Shown one piece after another: positions 1 through 10,952 of a stretch of DNA of 64,000 nucleotides. Origin of the DNA: Octopus sinensis (lineage: Eukaryota); assembly GCF_006345805.1 (NCBI RefSeq), contig NC_043000.1, positions 34,720,001 through 34,784,000 on the forward strand, in the 5' to 3' direction. Below the pieces are notes generated by a model. That model was not told where the DNA came from. It did not search any database and worked only from the letters and a program-made list of their open reading frames with translations. The position numbers were made by a program, and so were the translations under genes. Every line of letters begins with the position of its first letter. Position 1 is the first letter of the stretch.

Positions 1-89
1 TACAGCCACCACATGGTGTCAAGAACAGGTGAGACAAACATACTCACACTTAAACATATATATATATGCAGGACATAAGAAGCATCAGA

Positions 90-775
90 TGTGGTGTGCA
101 AGAGAGATGACTGCACTGGTATGATCATGTGTTGCATATAGATGAGGACAGCAGAGGACACCCCAACAGTGGAGGGAACCTGTGGAAGAGGTAGACCCAG
201 GAAGACCTGGGATGAGGTGGTGAAGCATAACCTTCGAACATTGGGCCTTACAGAGGCAATGACAAGCAACCAAGACCTTTTGGAGATATGCTGTGCTTGG
301 GAAGACCTGGAAAGCCAAATGAGATCATGGTTGTGGCCCATGCCAGTATCACATAACTGGCACATTTAAGAGTACCCTTCAATTATTGAGAAGACATGTT
401 GAGTTAAGTGAAATTGTTGTCATGGCTGATGCCAATACTACCTGACTGGCACCTGCGCCAGTGGCACATAAAAAGCACCATTCAAGCATGGTTGATGCCA
501 GTGCTGACTGACTGGCTCCTGTAGTGGTGGCACATAAAAAGCACCATGTGAGCATGATCCATGCCAGTGCCGACTGACTGGCTCCCATGCTGGTGGCATG
601 TAAAAAGCACCATTCGAGCATGGTCAATGCCAGTGCTGCCTGACTGGCCCCCGTGCTGATGGCACCTAAAAAGCACCCACTACACTCTTGGAGTGGTTGG
701 CGTTAGGAAGGACATCCAGCTGTAGAAATCTTGCCAGATCAGATTGGAGTCTGGTGCAGCCTAATGATGATGAAA
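90..775 (+). mobile_element. 5'-truncated RTE LINE 3' end (degenerate ORF2 C-terminus plus structured 3' UTR, GAT tail)
   Basis: Encodes VEGTCGRGRPRKTWDEVVKH..RTLGL, matching the C-terminus of the better-preserved copy at 53634-54311. Followed by about 5 units of the ~60-65 nt gccagt..actggc / gtgcc..ggcac / aaaaagcacc repeat, the gagtggttggcgttaggaagg motif and a tgatgatg tail. Confidence 0.85.
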
Positions 776-782
776 TTCTTTT

Positions 783-925
783 CTGACAGGCTTCTTTCAG
801 TTTCCAGTCACCAAATCACTCACAAGATTTTTATTGGCTTGCAACCATAACAGAAGACACTTGCCCAAGGTGTTAAGCACTAGGACTGAACCTGGAACCA
901 TGTTGCTGGTAGACATTCTTCTTAA
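783..925 (-). mobile_element. tRNA-headed CORE-like SINE (family A), head half
   Basis: cactcacaag..agaagacacttgcccaaggtg..ggactgaacctggaaccatg matches the reverse complement of the head of the full copy at 63175-63550. Confidence 0.7.
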
Positions 926-1990
926 CCTGTGCCTATTTGTGTGTGTGTGTGGTGTGTGTGTGTGTGTGTGTGTGCATGTGTGTGTGAAGAGGCACAGTGT
1001 TTATAAAGTCACACCACTGATTAATAAGCTATGGCCATCAATTTAAAGTTGTTAATTTATTTGGTTAACAGTTCATATTTCTTCTACTTAATAGTTGAGA
1101 ATATCCACCAGTAAAATTATTTCAGTAAGATAAAAATGTTCTAACTAGCACACTAAGTATGTGTGTGTGCGTGTGTGTGTGCATGCGTGAATGTGTGTAT
1201 GCTTGAGTGCAAAAGTGTGTCTGTTGTATATGTATGTATGAATAACAATTCCACTCTCAAAAGTAGATTGTGTGTTATAGACAATAAGTTTTAAAGTATA
1301 ACCTTTGATAGTCTGTCAGTTATATTATTACAAAAATTTATATTAAAAAAAAAAGAAGATAAAAAAAATATATTGTTTAAAAGAAAGAAATATATATGTT
1401 GAGTGAATACTTTGAACAAATCTGAAATTTATAGAGTTGGATATTCAATAACTGGTTCATTTAATAGTAGTGGTAGGAGAAAATAATCATATTTGCTTGT
1501 GTTATTAAGTTAAAACTAGTGTTTTAAAGAAAACAGTGTGTGTTTGTGTGTGTGTGTCTCTCTCTCTCTCTCTCTCTCTATCTGTGTTTGTGAAGGCCTC
1601 CATATGACTGTTTCATGCAGTCACCTCTGGGAGATGATTTCTCTGTAATGTTGATTGAAGTTAGCAATAGTTGTTCAAGTTTTAAAGTTTCTTCATACAA
1701 AACATGTTCAAGAAAACCTAATGAAATAATTATCCATTTTAAGAAATACACAAAAGTTTGAGAGAAGTAATGAGGAAGTAAATTGCAAGAAAAATACAGA
1801 AGCATGGGGGAATTAGAGATAGTCTAAGTTCTTAACATACACACAAAGCAAAAAAAAAAAAAAAAAGAAACTGACATAAACTATATTGGTATATTGTGAC
1901 AAGGAATGAGTTCTAAAATTATGAACATGTCTATCAAATGTGATACAAAGGTTTCCTGACATGAAGTTGAAATGCACAGGGTCTACTTAA

Positions 1991-2210
1991 CCCTTTCGTT
2001 ATTGTATTTATTTTGAGATGCTCTTTATTTCTTTCAATTATTTTAAATATAACAAAGAATTTAGTAAAATAACTTTGTTATCATTAAACTAGTGTTAGGA
2101 ACATAAATTGCGACTAAGGTTTGGTAGAAGATTTTAATTCAGAACTTATGAAAACAAGACGTTTGTACTCAGAATCAGATCCGGTTTCAGCTGGGGTGGT
2201 AACGAAAGGG
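1991..2210. mobile_element. piggyBac-type MITE, 220 bp
   Basis: TTAA at 1987-1990 and 2211-2214. 11-bp perfect TIR ccctttcgtta / taacgaaaggg. No coding capacity. Confidence 0.85.
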
Positions 2211-2214
2211 TTAA

Positions 2215-2367
2215 TACTTTAGCATTCTGATTACTCAATAATCAAATGTTATGTTTATTTTTGGACTAACATTACAGGGTCAGTGTGAAAGGCCTGATCC
2301 GGCCAGTTTCAACACAAAACAGGTAGAATATTTAGGGGCAGATATGGCCAGCTTAAATGCTAAAGGG
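2215..2367. mobile_element. second, older piggyBac-type MITE
   Basis: Left end ttaa-tactttagcatt and right end aatgctaaaggg-ttga are degenerate TIRs (ctttagcatt / aatgctaaag). Shares the TTAA at 2211-2214 with the previous MITE. Confidence 0.6.
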
Positions 2368-2999
2368 TTGATAGGGTTGACTACAGAACAAACCAAGAAC
2401 AAATTTCTGCCCACAGATACAACAGATGCTGTAGCCACTACATATAGACCAAGAAGACATACTGAATACTGCAAGAAAGATGTCCTCCACTTACAAAACA
2501 GACACGTCACTAAAACACTGCAATAACAGAAAACAACAAGGATTTCACCTAACAAACTCAAAGTTGATATATTGTTGTTTATGTAACACTGTCAATAGTT
2601 AGTATAGTGTTGTTTACTATTTGACACCAACAACAGCTAATATATTTTCTTTTGTTTTCAGTGACATTCACGATTTCAACTTCTTATTTATACAAGTGTA
2701 TTTCTGTATGTCTTGTCCACATTACTTATGGAATAAATGTTTGGTAGTATTTAGTCTGCATGTGGGGATGTGGATGTACGTGCATCAATATATGAAAGGT
2801 GTATATATATATATATATATAAGTTCAGCAAAATTTAGATTCAAATGAATATGGTACTTAAGTTAGATGCACCAGAATTTTGTATGGTGTTATCCATATA
2901 AATCCATGGGGTGATTATAATCAAAATAAGTATATATATATATATAGAGAGAGAGAGAGATTAGTTAACCTGAAGAAAATTTTAACTAGGCCTCACCTA

Positions 3000-3170
3000 C
3001 AAGGTCATGCACTGTTTATCTTGATATGAGATCACAATGTCACGCACATATGGTTGTGATGCATGTGCTTGATGTACCCTTATCTGACGGGTAGTCATGA
3101 TGGGTATGCAGGGCTTTGTATATTTTACCCCAGTGTCACTTCAATGGCATGCACTGCTCTCTCACACAAT
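3000..3170. repeat. interspersed repeat fragment (probable SINE tail)
   Basis: Resembles a recurrent cephalopod repeat (gtacccttatc..gggtagtcatgatgggtat..accccagtgtcact..ggcatgcactgctctctcac). Recognised from memory only; no second copy in this window. Confidence 0.35.
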
Positions 3171-3751
3171 AATTTCTTTTATTTTCAATCGGGGTGAAGG
3201 ATGTGGGGGACAATATAAAGACAGACATAAAGTGTGACGGTTTACATATAAAGCAATGATTAAAAAAGAGTATACATGGTGTACATTACAAAATGTGAGG
3301 TATACATAGTATATGACTGTAAGAGAAAAAATGGTGATAGTGATGGGGTCCACCATACAAGAACCCCTTGAATATCAAAGACAAGTACCTTCTCTAACTC
3401 CTTTTCTCCAACTCACAGGTCTAAACTTAGAGTTGTACCATCCACTCAGGGATGGACTGAGCCCGGAGCCAGGAGCTCTGAGGGGCCTGCATTCTACATG
3501 TTACTCTACTGATATCAATGCTAAGGAGCCTGGTAAACAGTTATGCCTGAGGGCCCTTAATACTCTCAGTCTGCCCCTGCATCCACTCTTGTCATTTTTG
3601 CAACTTTCACCCACCATTTAATAAATTCACTTGAGGAAAGCACCTCCCTCTCCACCCTCCACTTTTCTTTTCAAGTGAAACTTGAAAAAGTTGATGAGAG
3701 CTTTACCAAAGAGGAATGTCTAGCCTCATTCCTTTCAGCCTCATTCAGAGC

Positions 3752-4610
3752 ATCTGTGTTTCTTATTAGGGAGGTAGTGCATGAAAACACTCGGTATTCC
3801 TCATACAAGATGAGAAGGGACCAATTTTTATTCCAAGTCATCAAGGACAAGAGGAAAGACTGCGCTACAAAGCTTTTGGACAAATTCAAGCATCCTCTGC
3901 AACCGAACATGCTTTGGTTTTTCTCAGACAAGAAATTTTTTTGCCAAGATCAGATAGTGAATGCACAGAACAACTGTTGGCTTGCAGTGTTCCCAAAACA
4001 TGTACCGAGAGTGTTAAAAATCAAACACCCAGTCAACATCATGGTGTTTGGAGTGATCACTAGTGATGGTGACATTATGTCTCCATTCATCTTCTCACAC
4101 AGCCTCAGACTCAACACAGAAGCCTACATCAAATGCCTGGAGGAGGTAATGCTGCCCTGGGTCAAGAAGGTGGCTGCTGGAAGACCTTATCTCTGGCAAC
4201 GGGATTCTGTACCATGCCACACAAGCAGGAGAACCCAGTCATGTCTGTCAAACAATCTCTGCAACCACATCACCCTTAACACTGGCTACCTAACTCCCCA
4301 GACTGCAACCCCCTTGATTACTATGTGTGGGTGCAGTTGAGCAAGACACCAACAAAATTCCTTGTAACACCAAAGATAAACTGAAAGTAAGGATTATGGC
4401 AGCATTCACCTACTTAAACAGGGAGACTGTCCAGAAAAGTTGCAGGAGATTCTGAAGTCTGAAGTCAATGGTAATTTTAGTGAATATATTTACTCTTTAG
4501 AATTTCAAGATATTTTTATGCAATTTTGGTAAATATATCTGTTAGAATGGGATATCAATGTTATTTTCATTTTTGCATGATTTAGACGAAAATTTATTCA
4601 TCACACCCTG
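3752..4610 (+). mobile_element. DD37D (maT) Tc1/mariner transposon, 3' half with catalytic domain and right TIR; pseudogenised
   Basis: ORF 3675-4340 contains WFFSD(E)K..NAQN, VMVFGVITSDGD, W(Q)QDS(A)PCHTSRRTQ. A frameshifted (S)PDCNPLDYYVW follows at ~4295-4335, with 37 residues between the 2nd and 3rd Asp in the restored frame. Ends in catcacaccctg at 4610. Confidence 0.85.
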
Positions 4611-4924
4611 ATAATATATATTATTAATGCTCACACTCCTAAACATAGGTATTTTGAATCAGTATTTTTGCAATTTGGCAGTCCTTTACATTGAATTTCC
4701 CATGTTTTTTTTTAATATTTTTTTTTTACCAAGGCCCTGCAGAGACTTGTATACATACATAGATAGGAATTTTTTATAAATCAACTAATGTATATAAGTC
4801 GAAACAAATTGTTGGCTTTATGTAGTTTGTTTTAAAAATTTGTTGTGTTCTCTTATCATCATCCAGTGTTTTAAATCTGGGTTTTGTCCTCGTTAATGGG
4901 GGTGGCCAGATCTACTTCTATGCC

Positions 4925-5362
4925 ATAAGAAACTCAGATACTCCCATGTCTCTGGTGATGGACCTGATTGACTTGGAGGCATCGTTGTCAATCGTGGCTT
5001 GGATTTCACCCAAAAATTCAGGAGTTTTTTTCTTATCAGAATGATCAGGGTGAGTTTTCCAAGCTGCTGTACCTTCCCAATCACCATTAGACTCATCCAA
5101 CTCTTCCTGAATCCTCTGCACTGCTCTCAGATTGACACCTAAACACTCTGAAATGTCTGCATTGGAGTTTTCAGCATGAATGCTAAGCAATACAGCATAT
5201 TGTTTCCAAATTTCTGGCAGAATGAATTGTGTCATGGTGCTATTTTTCTTGCAGACGGTGCCCAACTGACTCTACTATACTGTGTAGTCGACAAAAAAAC
5301 AAACAATGTGCACACAGAAAATTAAATATATAAAATGGTAACAATTTACCCATCACACCCTG
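4925..5362 (-). mobile_element. DD37D (maT) transposon, 5' half with HTH region and left TIR
   Basis: ORF 4918-5265(-) reads ISECLGVNLRAVQRI..KSIRSITRDMGVSEFL, a Tc1/maT DNA-binding region. Terminus cagggtgtgatgggtaaatt next to TA (5363-5364) matches the TIR at 4610. Confidence 0.8.
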
Positions 5363-5393
<31 letters not shown>

Positions 5394-5397
5394 TATA

Positions 5398-5777
5398 TAT
5401 ATCATCATCATCGATTAATGTCCATTTTCCATGCTGGCATGGGTTGGATGGTTTGATTGAGGTCTGGACAGCCAGCAGCTGCACAAGGCCCCAGTCTGAT
5501 CTGGCAGTGTTTCTACAGCTGGATGCCCTTCCTAACATCAACCACTCCAAGAGTATAGTGGGTACTTTTTACGTGCCACTGGCACAGGAGCCAGTCAGAA
5601 GGTACTGGCATTGACCACGCTTGAATGGTGCTTTTTACATGCAACCAGTATGAGAGCCAGTCAGGTGGAACTGGCACTGACCATGTTCAGAAGGTGCTTT
5701 TTATGTGCCACCAGCACAGGAGCCAGTCTCGGAATACTGGCATCGGCCATGTCTGGTTGGTGCTTTTTATGTGCCGT
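5398..5777 (-). mobile_element. RTE 3' UTR-derived repeat
   Basis: catcatcatc tail, ccatgctggcatggg, ggatgcccttcctaac motif and hairpin units, all in reverse orientation. Confidence 0.8.
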
Positions 5778-5784
5778 GAGACTG

Positions 5785-6325
5785 GTTTATGGGATTATCC
5801 AGGGTTTCTCGTTCATAAAGGGTTTAGCTTTAAGCAGTATCATCAGAACCCAAAACCTGTTGGCCTAAGATCTCTTCTGGAAAGGAGATATGTAACATCG
5901 CTGGCCAGTCATGTCCGGAAACTAAGAGATGATGGGATCCCGTACTCAATCTCATGGAAAATCCTCAAGACTCCAGGTCCCTACATCAACAGAATGAAGT
6001 GCTGGAAGTTTTGCAAAGCTGAATGCATGAGAATTCTAAAAGACTCACTTGAACCAGGCAGCATCATCAACCCCAGAACAGAGATTTTTGGGTTATGTTT
6101 ACATTTTAGGATATTCCTGCTATCTTTTTGGAGATTGTAAGATGGTGGCACAGCTGGAAGTCAATAGCAAACAGCAAAAGGAGATGATCTCTTATTTACC
6201 TTCGTAATGAGGCTTTTCTTCCTCCATATTTTGAAGAGGTCTTAGGCCAACAAGTTTTGATATGCCATAAAGCTAAACTCTTTATGGACAGGAAACCCAG
6301 GGTAATCCCATAAACTGGCCCCTTC
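5785..6325 (+). mobile_element. 5'-truncated Penelope-like element: GIY-YIG endonuclease C-terminus plus pseudo-LTR, with an inverted pLTR copy at the 5' end
   Basis: Translation TSLASHVRKLRDDGIPYSISWKILKTPGPY..KCWKFCKAECMRI..INPRTEIFGLCLH fits the PLE EN C-terminal pattern (T.LS.(Y)IW.LK..YSI.WKIL..CxLC..EK..LN.R.E..C.H). 5785-5877 is an imperfect reverse complement of 6233-6315. Confidence 0.7.
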
Positions 6326-6384
6326 CCCATATTTAAAATATACACTGTTCTACACTTTAGAGTGTGCATTTTCTAAAATGATAT

Positions 6385-6560
6385 ATATATATGAATATGC
6401 AGAATACATACATACAGATGCACACACAGACATACATATATACATATGCATACACACACATATATACATACACACATGCATTAATACATACATGCATGCA
6501 AGCATGCATAGGCATGCACACACACACACACACACTGACCCACACACATGTGCACAAACA
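6385..6560. repeat. compound (TA)/(CA)/(TACA) microsatellite
   Basis: Directly visible. Source of several low-complexity YIHTHT ORFs. Confidence 0.95.
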
Positions 6561-6589
6561 AACAAAAAGGAATGTAGTGTAAATAACAG

Positions 6590-6770
6590 ACAGGTTGCAT
6601 GATGCAATGAAAATTTTAGGAAAATAAAAATAAGGAATAAGTGGAAATTTTACTGGTGAGTGTGTTAAATTATAAGGCACAAAAAGAAAATGACTCTCCC
6701 CAGACACAACAGAATATGCTTCAACACACGAACTCACATAAAGAAACTTGCAAACCAAATCCAAAAACAA
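6590..6770. mobile_element. non-autonomous inverted-repeat element (family shared with 8557-8770), partial copy
   Basis: tgactctccccagacacaacagaatatgcttcaacacacgaactcacataaaga..cttgcaaaccaaatccaaaa is nearly identical to 8687-8765. The interior segment matches 8583-8675 in the opposite orientation. Confidence 0.75.
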
Positions 6771-6780
6771 AATATATATA

Positions 6781-8074
6781 TTAGGTCATCCCATAAGTTC
6801 TGTCCGATTTTACTTCTTTTAAAATTGAATGAAATTTGATAGTATTTTAGAATGTCTAATGGAATTAAAAATTATTTTTATGCATTTGTGTACATTTAAA
6901 CTAATAAATATTATTTTACAGAATAATAGAATTAAAATTTCTTTGATTAAAACCCTTTCTAACATGGAAGTATCCAAAGAGCATTTCAGGCACATAATGC
7001 TTTATGAGTACAAAAAGGAAACTCTGCAGCCAAAGTGACTCAAAACATACACTCAGTTTATGGGAAAGAATGCTTGAATGGAAGAACTTGCAGAAGATGG
7101 CTTGCAAAATTCAGAAGTGGAGATTTCACCCTTGAAGATGAAGACAGTTGAGTTTGATGATAAGCTCATTGAGGTATTACTTGAAGAAAATTCTGCATTA
7201 ACAGTTGAAAAATTGGCAATAAAGCTTAGTTCAAACCATACAACTGTTCATCATCATCTTCAACAACTTGAAAAGGTTCCTAAACTTGGAAAATAGGTGC
7301 TTCCTGAATTGTCCGAAAGCAAAAGCAAGTCCCGAGTTGACATCTGCTCTTCTCTCTATTCTCACAAACTCATTTCACCCTTTTTGGATAGACTTGTGAC
7401 TGGTGACGAAAAATGGATCTTCTATCGAAATGGTAGACATCGTAAACAGTGGCTTGGTAAAAGGGAAAACCTCAACCACAACTGAGAAGGAAACTTCATG
7501 GAGAAAAGCTTCTTCTCTCTATCTGGTAGGATTTTAAAGGAGTAATTCACTTTGAATTGTTACCACCTAATGCAACAATCAATGCTCAAGTCTATTGTCA
7601 GCAATTAGAGCATCTGAACCAAGATTTGAAGAAAAAAACACCTGCTTTAGTGAATCGAAAAGGAGTGATGTTTTGTCAGGACAATGCATGACCCCACACT
7701 ACAAATATCACATCACAGAAGATTGAAGAGCTTGGTTGGGAAAAAATTCCTCATTCACCTTATTCTCCCGACCTTGCTCCTTCAAACTACCATTTGTTTT
7801 GTAGTTTACAGAATGATTTGTGTGTGTGTGTGGGGAGGGTGGGGGGTGCATAACTTTTGCAAGTCAGGAGGAGGTCAAAACTGACATTTCAGAGTTCTTC
7901 GCTTTGAAACCAAAAGAGTTTTACATTGATGGGATTAAAAAGCTTGTAAATAGATGGAAGGAAGTCATAGATAATCAAGGAAAGTACATTGATGATTAAA
8001 TTTCAATTAAATATAACCTTTGATCACTTGTTTACTTTATTCAAAATTCGGACAGAACTTATGGGATGACCTGA
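6781..8074 (+). mobile_element. full-length (1294 bp) inactive mariner (DD34D) transposon
   Basis: Near-perfect ~28-bp TIRs (t[t/c]aggtcatcccataagttctgtccga) flanked by TA on both sides. Frameshifted transposase from ATG ~6964 (MEVSKEHFRHIMLYEY) through VTGDEKW (~7398-7416), QDNA (~7677) and YSPDLAPSNY (~7761; third Asp appears as Asn) to a stop at ~7999. A (GT)n/G tract interrupts it at ~7820-7848. Confidence 0.92.
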
Positions 8075-8556
8075 TATATGTTTGTATGCATATACTTTTG
8101 TATTGTCAAATAGAATATTCCTAGTAATGGCATATAACCTGTCAGATGTTTCCATTGGTTTTGTGTTTACTATTGCACTTGGCAATATTGAAAGTTCCTC
8201 AGACATACTGACCAGAAGCACATCGGCCCTTTAATGCAGAAGGTAAATATACAGTCTTGGTCAGATTGGTGGTGAAAAAAACTGGAACAAAACCCCTTTT
8301 CTGAGAAGAGAAAGAAGAGCTGCTTCCCTTTGTATGATTCAAGCCATGGCAGAGGAGGTGGGGGGGAGCAACTGTATCAGCATACATTTTACATCCTTTT
8401 GTCCACTAAAGGGGATGACTACATTTCCAAAATGAATTTTCCACCATGAGGGCAGCAGCTAAAACTTCACTTTTTGCAAGATTGAAATGCATTCTTGAAC
8501 TCAAAAAGTTAATTGATTGTTATAAAAATATTATATTACATTTTATTTAAAATATA

Positions 8557-8770
8557 TATTCTGTTGTGTCTGGGGAGAGTCATTTTCTTTTTATACCTTA
8601 TAATTTAACACACTCACCGGTAAAATTTCCACTTATTTTTATTTTCTTAAAATTTTTGTTGCGTCTTGCAACCTTTTCAATAGTCTTGACTCTCCTCAGA
8701 CACAACAGAATATGCTTCAACACACGAACTCACATAAAGAATCTTGCAAACCAAATCCAAAACAGAATTA
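8557..8770. mobile_element. non-autonomous inverted-repeat element (MITE-like or PLE-derived)
   Basis: Inverted repeats atattctgttgtgtctggggagagtca (~8556-8582) and tgactctcctcagacacaacagaatat (~8687-8713), followed by the tail shared with 6690-6770. Confidence 0.75.
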
Positions 8771-10454
8771 TAATATATATGTATCCATATAAGTTTCAAA
8801 AATTAAATAGAAGCACAAGGAATGAATAGAAAATTTACACACAGGACATGGACATGCTCTTGTCTCATCACTTATCATCCCAAAAAGTCATTACAATTTC
8901 AAGCCATTACTGAAAATACTGCTTATTTTTGGTGGTGTCAACAGTGAATAACTGCTGGGAATATTGCGTCAATGTTGACAATAGTGATGAAGATAATTAC
9001 AAATACAACACAGGTATAAAAGTGAATATATAAACAAAATAAATTATACATCATGCAAACAAAATACAGGCCATGGAGCTCTGAGACATGATGAGATGTG
9101 TGTATAATATGATGGAAAGTCTTCTACACGACTGGAAAGAAGAAAGGATAAAGCATAAGGCTGGAAAAGGCACGGTGGAAAAAGAAATGAACCCAAATTT
9201 GAAAGTAGAGAATGCAAAAGGCCAGGAGAAGCACACACACACACACACACACACTGGAAGATGGATGTTAAAAAGAAGAAAAAGATTTATATATAACGAG
9301 AGAGAGAGATTGAAAAGTGAGGAGGAGATAGAGATAAGAGACAGAGAGAGGGAAAGAGACTAAGAGAAGGAGGTGTAATTGTAAGGCAGTTAAAGGAAAG
9401 GCTTTGGTTTTAAAATCCTTACAAATTATTTGATAAAATATATTTGTGAAAAATAAATAAATACAAATACTTCTGTATCAGCATTTGACTCCATCCTGCC
9501 CAACTACTGCCTCAACATTTATATAACAGAACACAATGTAAGCAAAAGTTTCACATTTAATAATAACTTTGCTTCACTTCCGAAACTAAAGAATAAACTT
9601 ACAACTGCAATTCTGGCCTCATTTTTCTGTCATTCTTCCTTCTGCTGCGTTTCTTTTTATTCAATTTTTTTTTACCTCGTTTTTATAAATTATTCATATA
9701 ATGACAACAATAGGCTTTATAAGTAAAATCATTTTAAGAAATAAAATTAAGATAAAATTCTTTTTAGAAATACTTTTTAACCTTTCAAAGTTGTCAAATT
9801 GATTATAAAAACTAAAAAAAAAAAAAAAACAGATATTATTATTATTATTATTTAAAGAAAGCGAATTAGTGTGGACATTGCTGCCAGTAATGGAAATTGC
9901 CTTTTTTCTTCTACTATAAAGAAGTTTTCTTATAAAGTTTGTTGTGGAATGAGAAACAGAAATATCCATACATACAAAAAAATAAATAAACAAAAAATAA
10001 AACAAATATATTTAGGAAATGTTTGGGAAGGTAGAGAAAATGAAAGAAAAAAAAAACTCTCAGTATACTTTTAATTAATATCTATTAGTAAGTTAATAAG
10101 AAATCTAATTATAAAAGAAAATTAAATCAAATTAATTAAAGATATAGCATTTTTATGTGGGAAAAAAATAATGAACGGAATAAAAAAAATATAAAAGTAC
10201 AAATTTGTAAGTTATTGGATTTAATTTCAATTATTTTTCATTTAAGTGAAGTGGGAGGGTAAAAAAAGTTATAAATTGAGAAATATATATTTTTCAAGAT
10301 TAAAAAATAAGATCTAATGAGCTTTGTATAGTTTTCTTTCTCTGTGAGAAATATGAAGAGTTTATCATGGCTTGCTTTATATAGTTTTTGTTTTGATATG
10401 GAGAAAAACTAGCAACACAGGTTCAATTCTAATTGTTTATTGCTTGTGGGACAC

Positions 10455-10669
10455 AATAAGTTCTCTGTGTGCTGGTGGCACGTGAAAAACAACATTCAAG
10501 TGTGGTCGTTGCCAGTGCCGCTGGACTGGCACCCGTGCAGGTAGCACGTAAAAAAAAACACATTTTCAGCATGGTCATTGCCAGAACCATCTGACTGGCC
10601 CTCGTGCCAGTGGTACGTAAAGACACCCACTAAACTCTTGGAGTGGTTGGTATTAAGAAGGGCATCTAG
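10455..10669 (+). mobile_element. RTE 3' UTR-derived repeat, truncated by the adjacent insertion
   Basis: Hairpin units and cacccactaaactcttggagtggttgg..aagggcatc. Stops where the inverted tRNA-hammerhead element begins. Confidence 0.75.
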
Positions 10670-10952
10670 GGTGTCTTGGGGAAATTTCAAACCTGGGTTC
10701 TCATTCCTAAAGTATTTTTCGATATTATTATTATTATTATTAAGGTCACTGCCTGAAATCAAACTCGGAATCTTGGGATTTGTAGCCCGTGCTCTTAACC
10801 ACTACACCATTAAAAAATACCTTAGGAATGAGAACCCAGGTTCGAAATTTCCCCAAGATACCTGATGAAGGCTGGAGAGTATATAAGCCGAAACGTTGTG
10901 TTAACAACAAACAAGATGAGGACAAATATTGTCAAATGTAAATAATGTAAAT
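10670..10952. mobile_element. tRNA-head / hammerhead-tail element in inverted two-part arrangement
   Basis: 10670-10810 is the reverse complement of the head and mid part of the 56069-56329 element. 10812-10952 is the mid part and tail in + orientation. This creates a ~50-bp inverted repeat (10670-10719 / 10813-10862). Confidence 0.8.
10857..10902 (+). ncRNA. candidate minimal type I hammerhead ribozyme
   Basis: gatac-CTGATGA-a-ggct[g]..agcc-GAAA-cgt-t-gtgtt. Intact core boxes, stem II ggct/agcc, palindromic stem III ACGT, stem I gatac/gtgtt with two G-U pairs. Predicted cleavage after GUU (10897). Confidence 0.65.

Noticed and set aside
379-700. Regularly spaced ~60-65-nt repeats that superficially resemble a CRISPR array (also at 11.8-12.1, 14.3-14.8 and 63.8-64.0 kb)
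   Set aside because: The whole unit is repeated with no unique spacers, there are no cas genes, the context is eukaryotic, and the units are part of the RTE 3' UTR.
2251-2526. 91-aa ORF
   Set aside because: It overlaps the non-coding piggyBac-type MITE and has no recognisable domain; a chance ORF.
8190-8245. Possible small + strand exon (FLRHTDQKHIGPLMQK followed by GTAAAT)
   Set aside because: Splice-like signals occur by chance at this frequency and I recognise no homology. RNA-seq would be needed.
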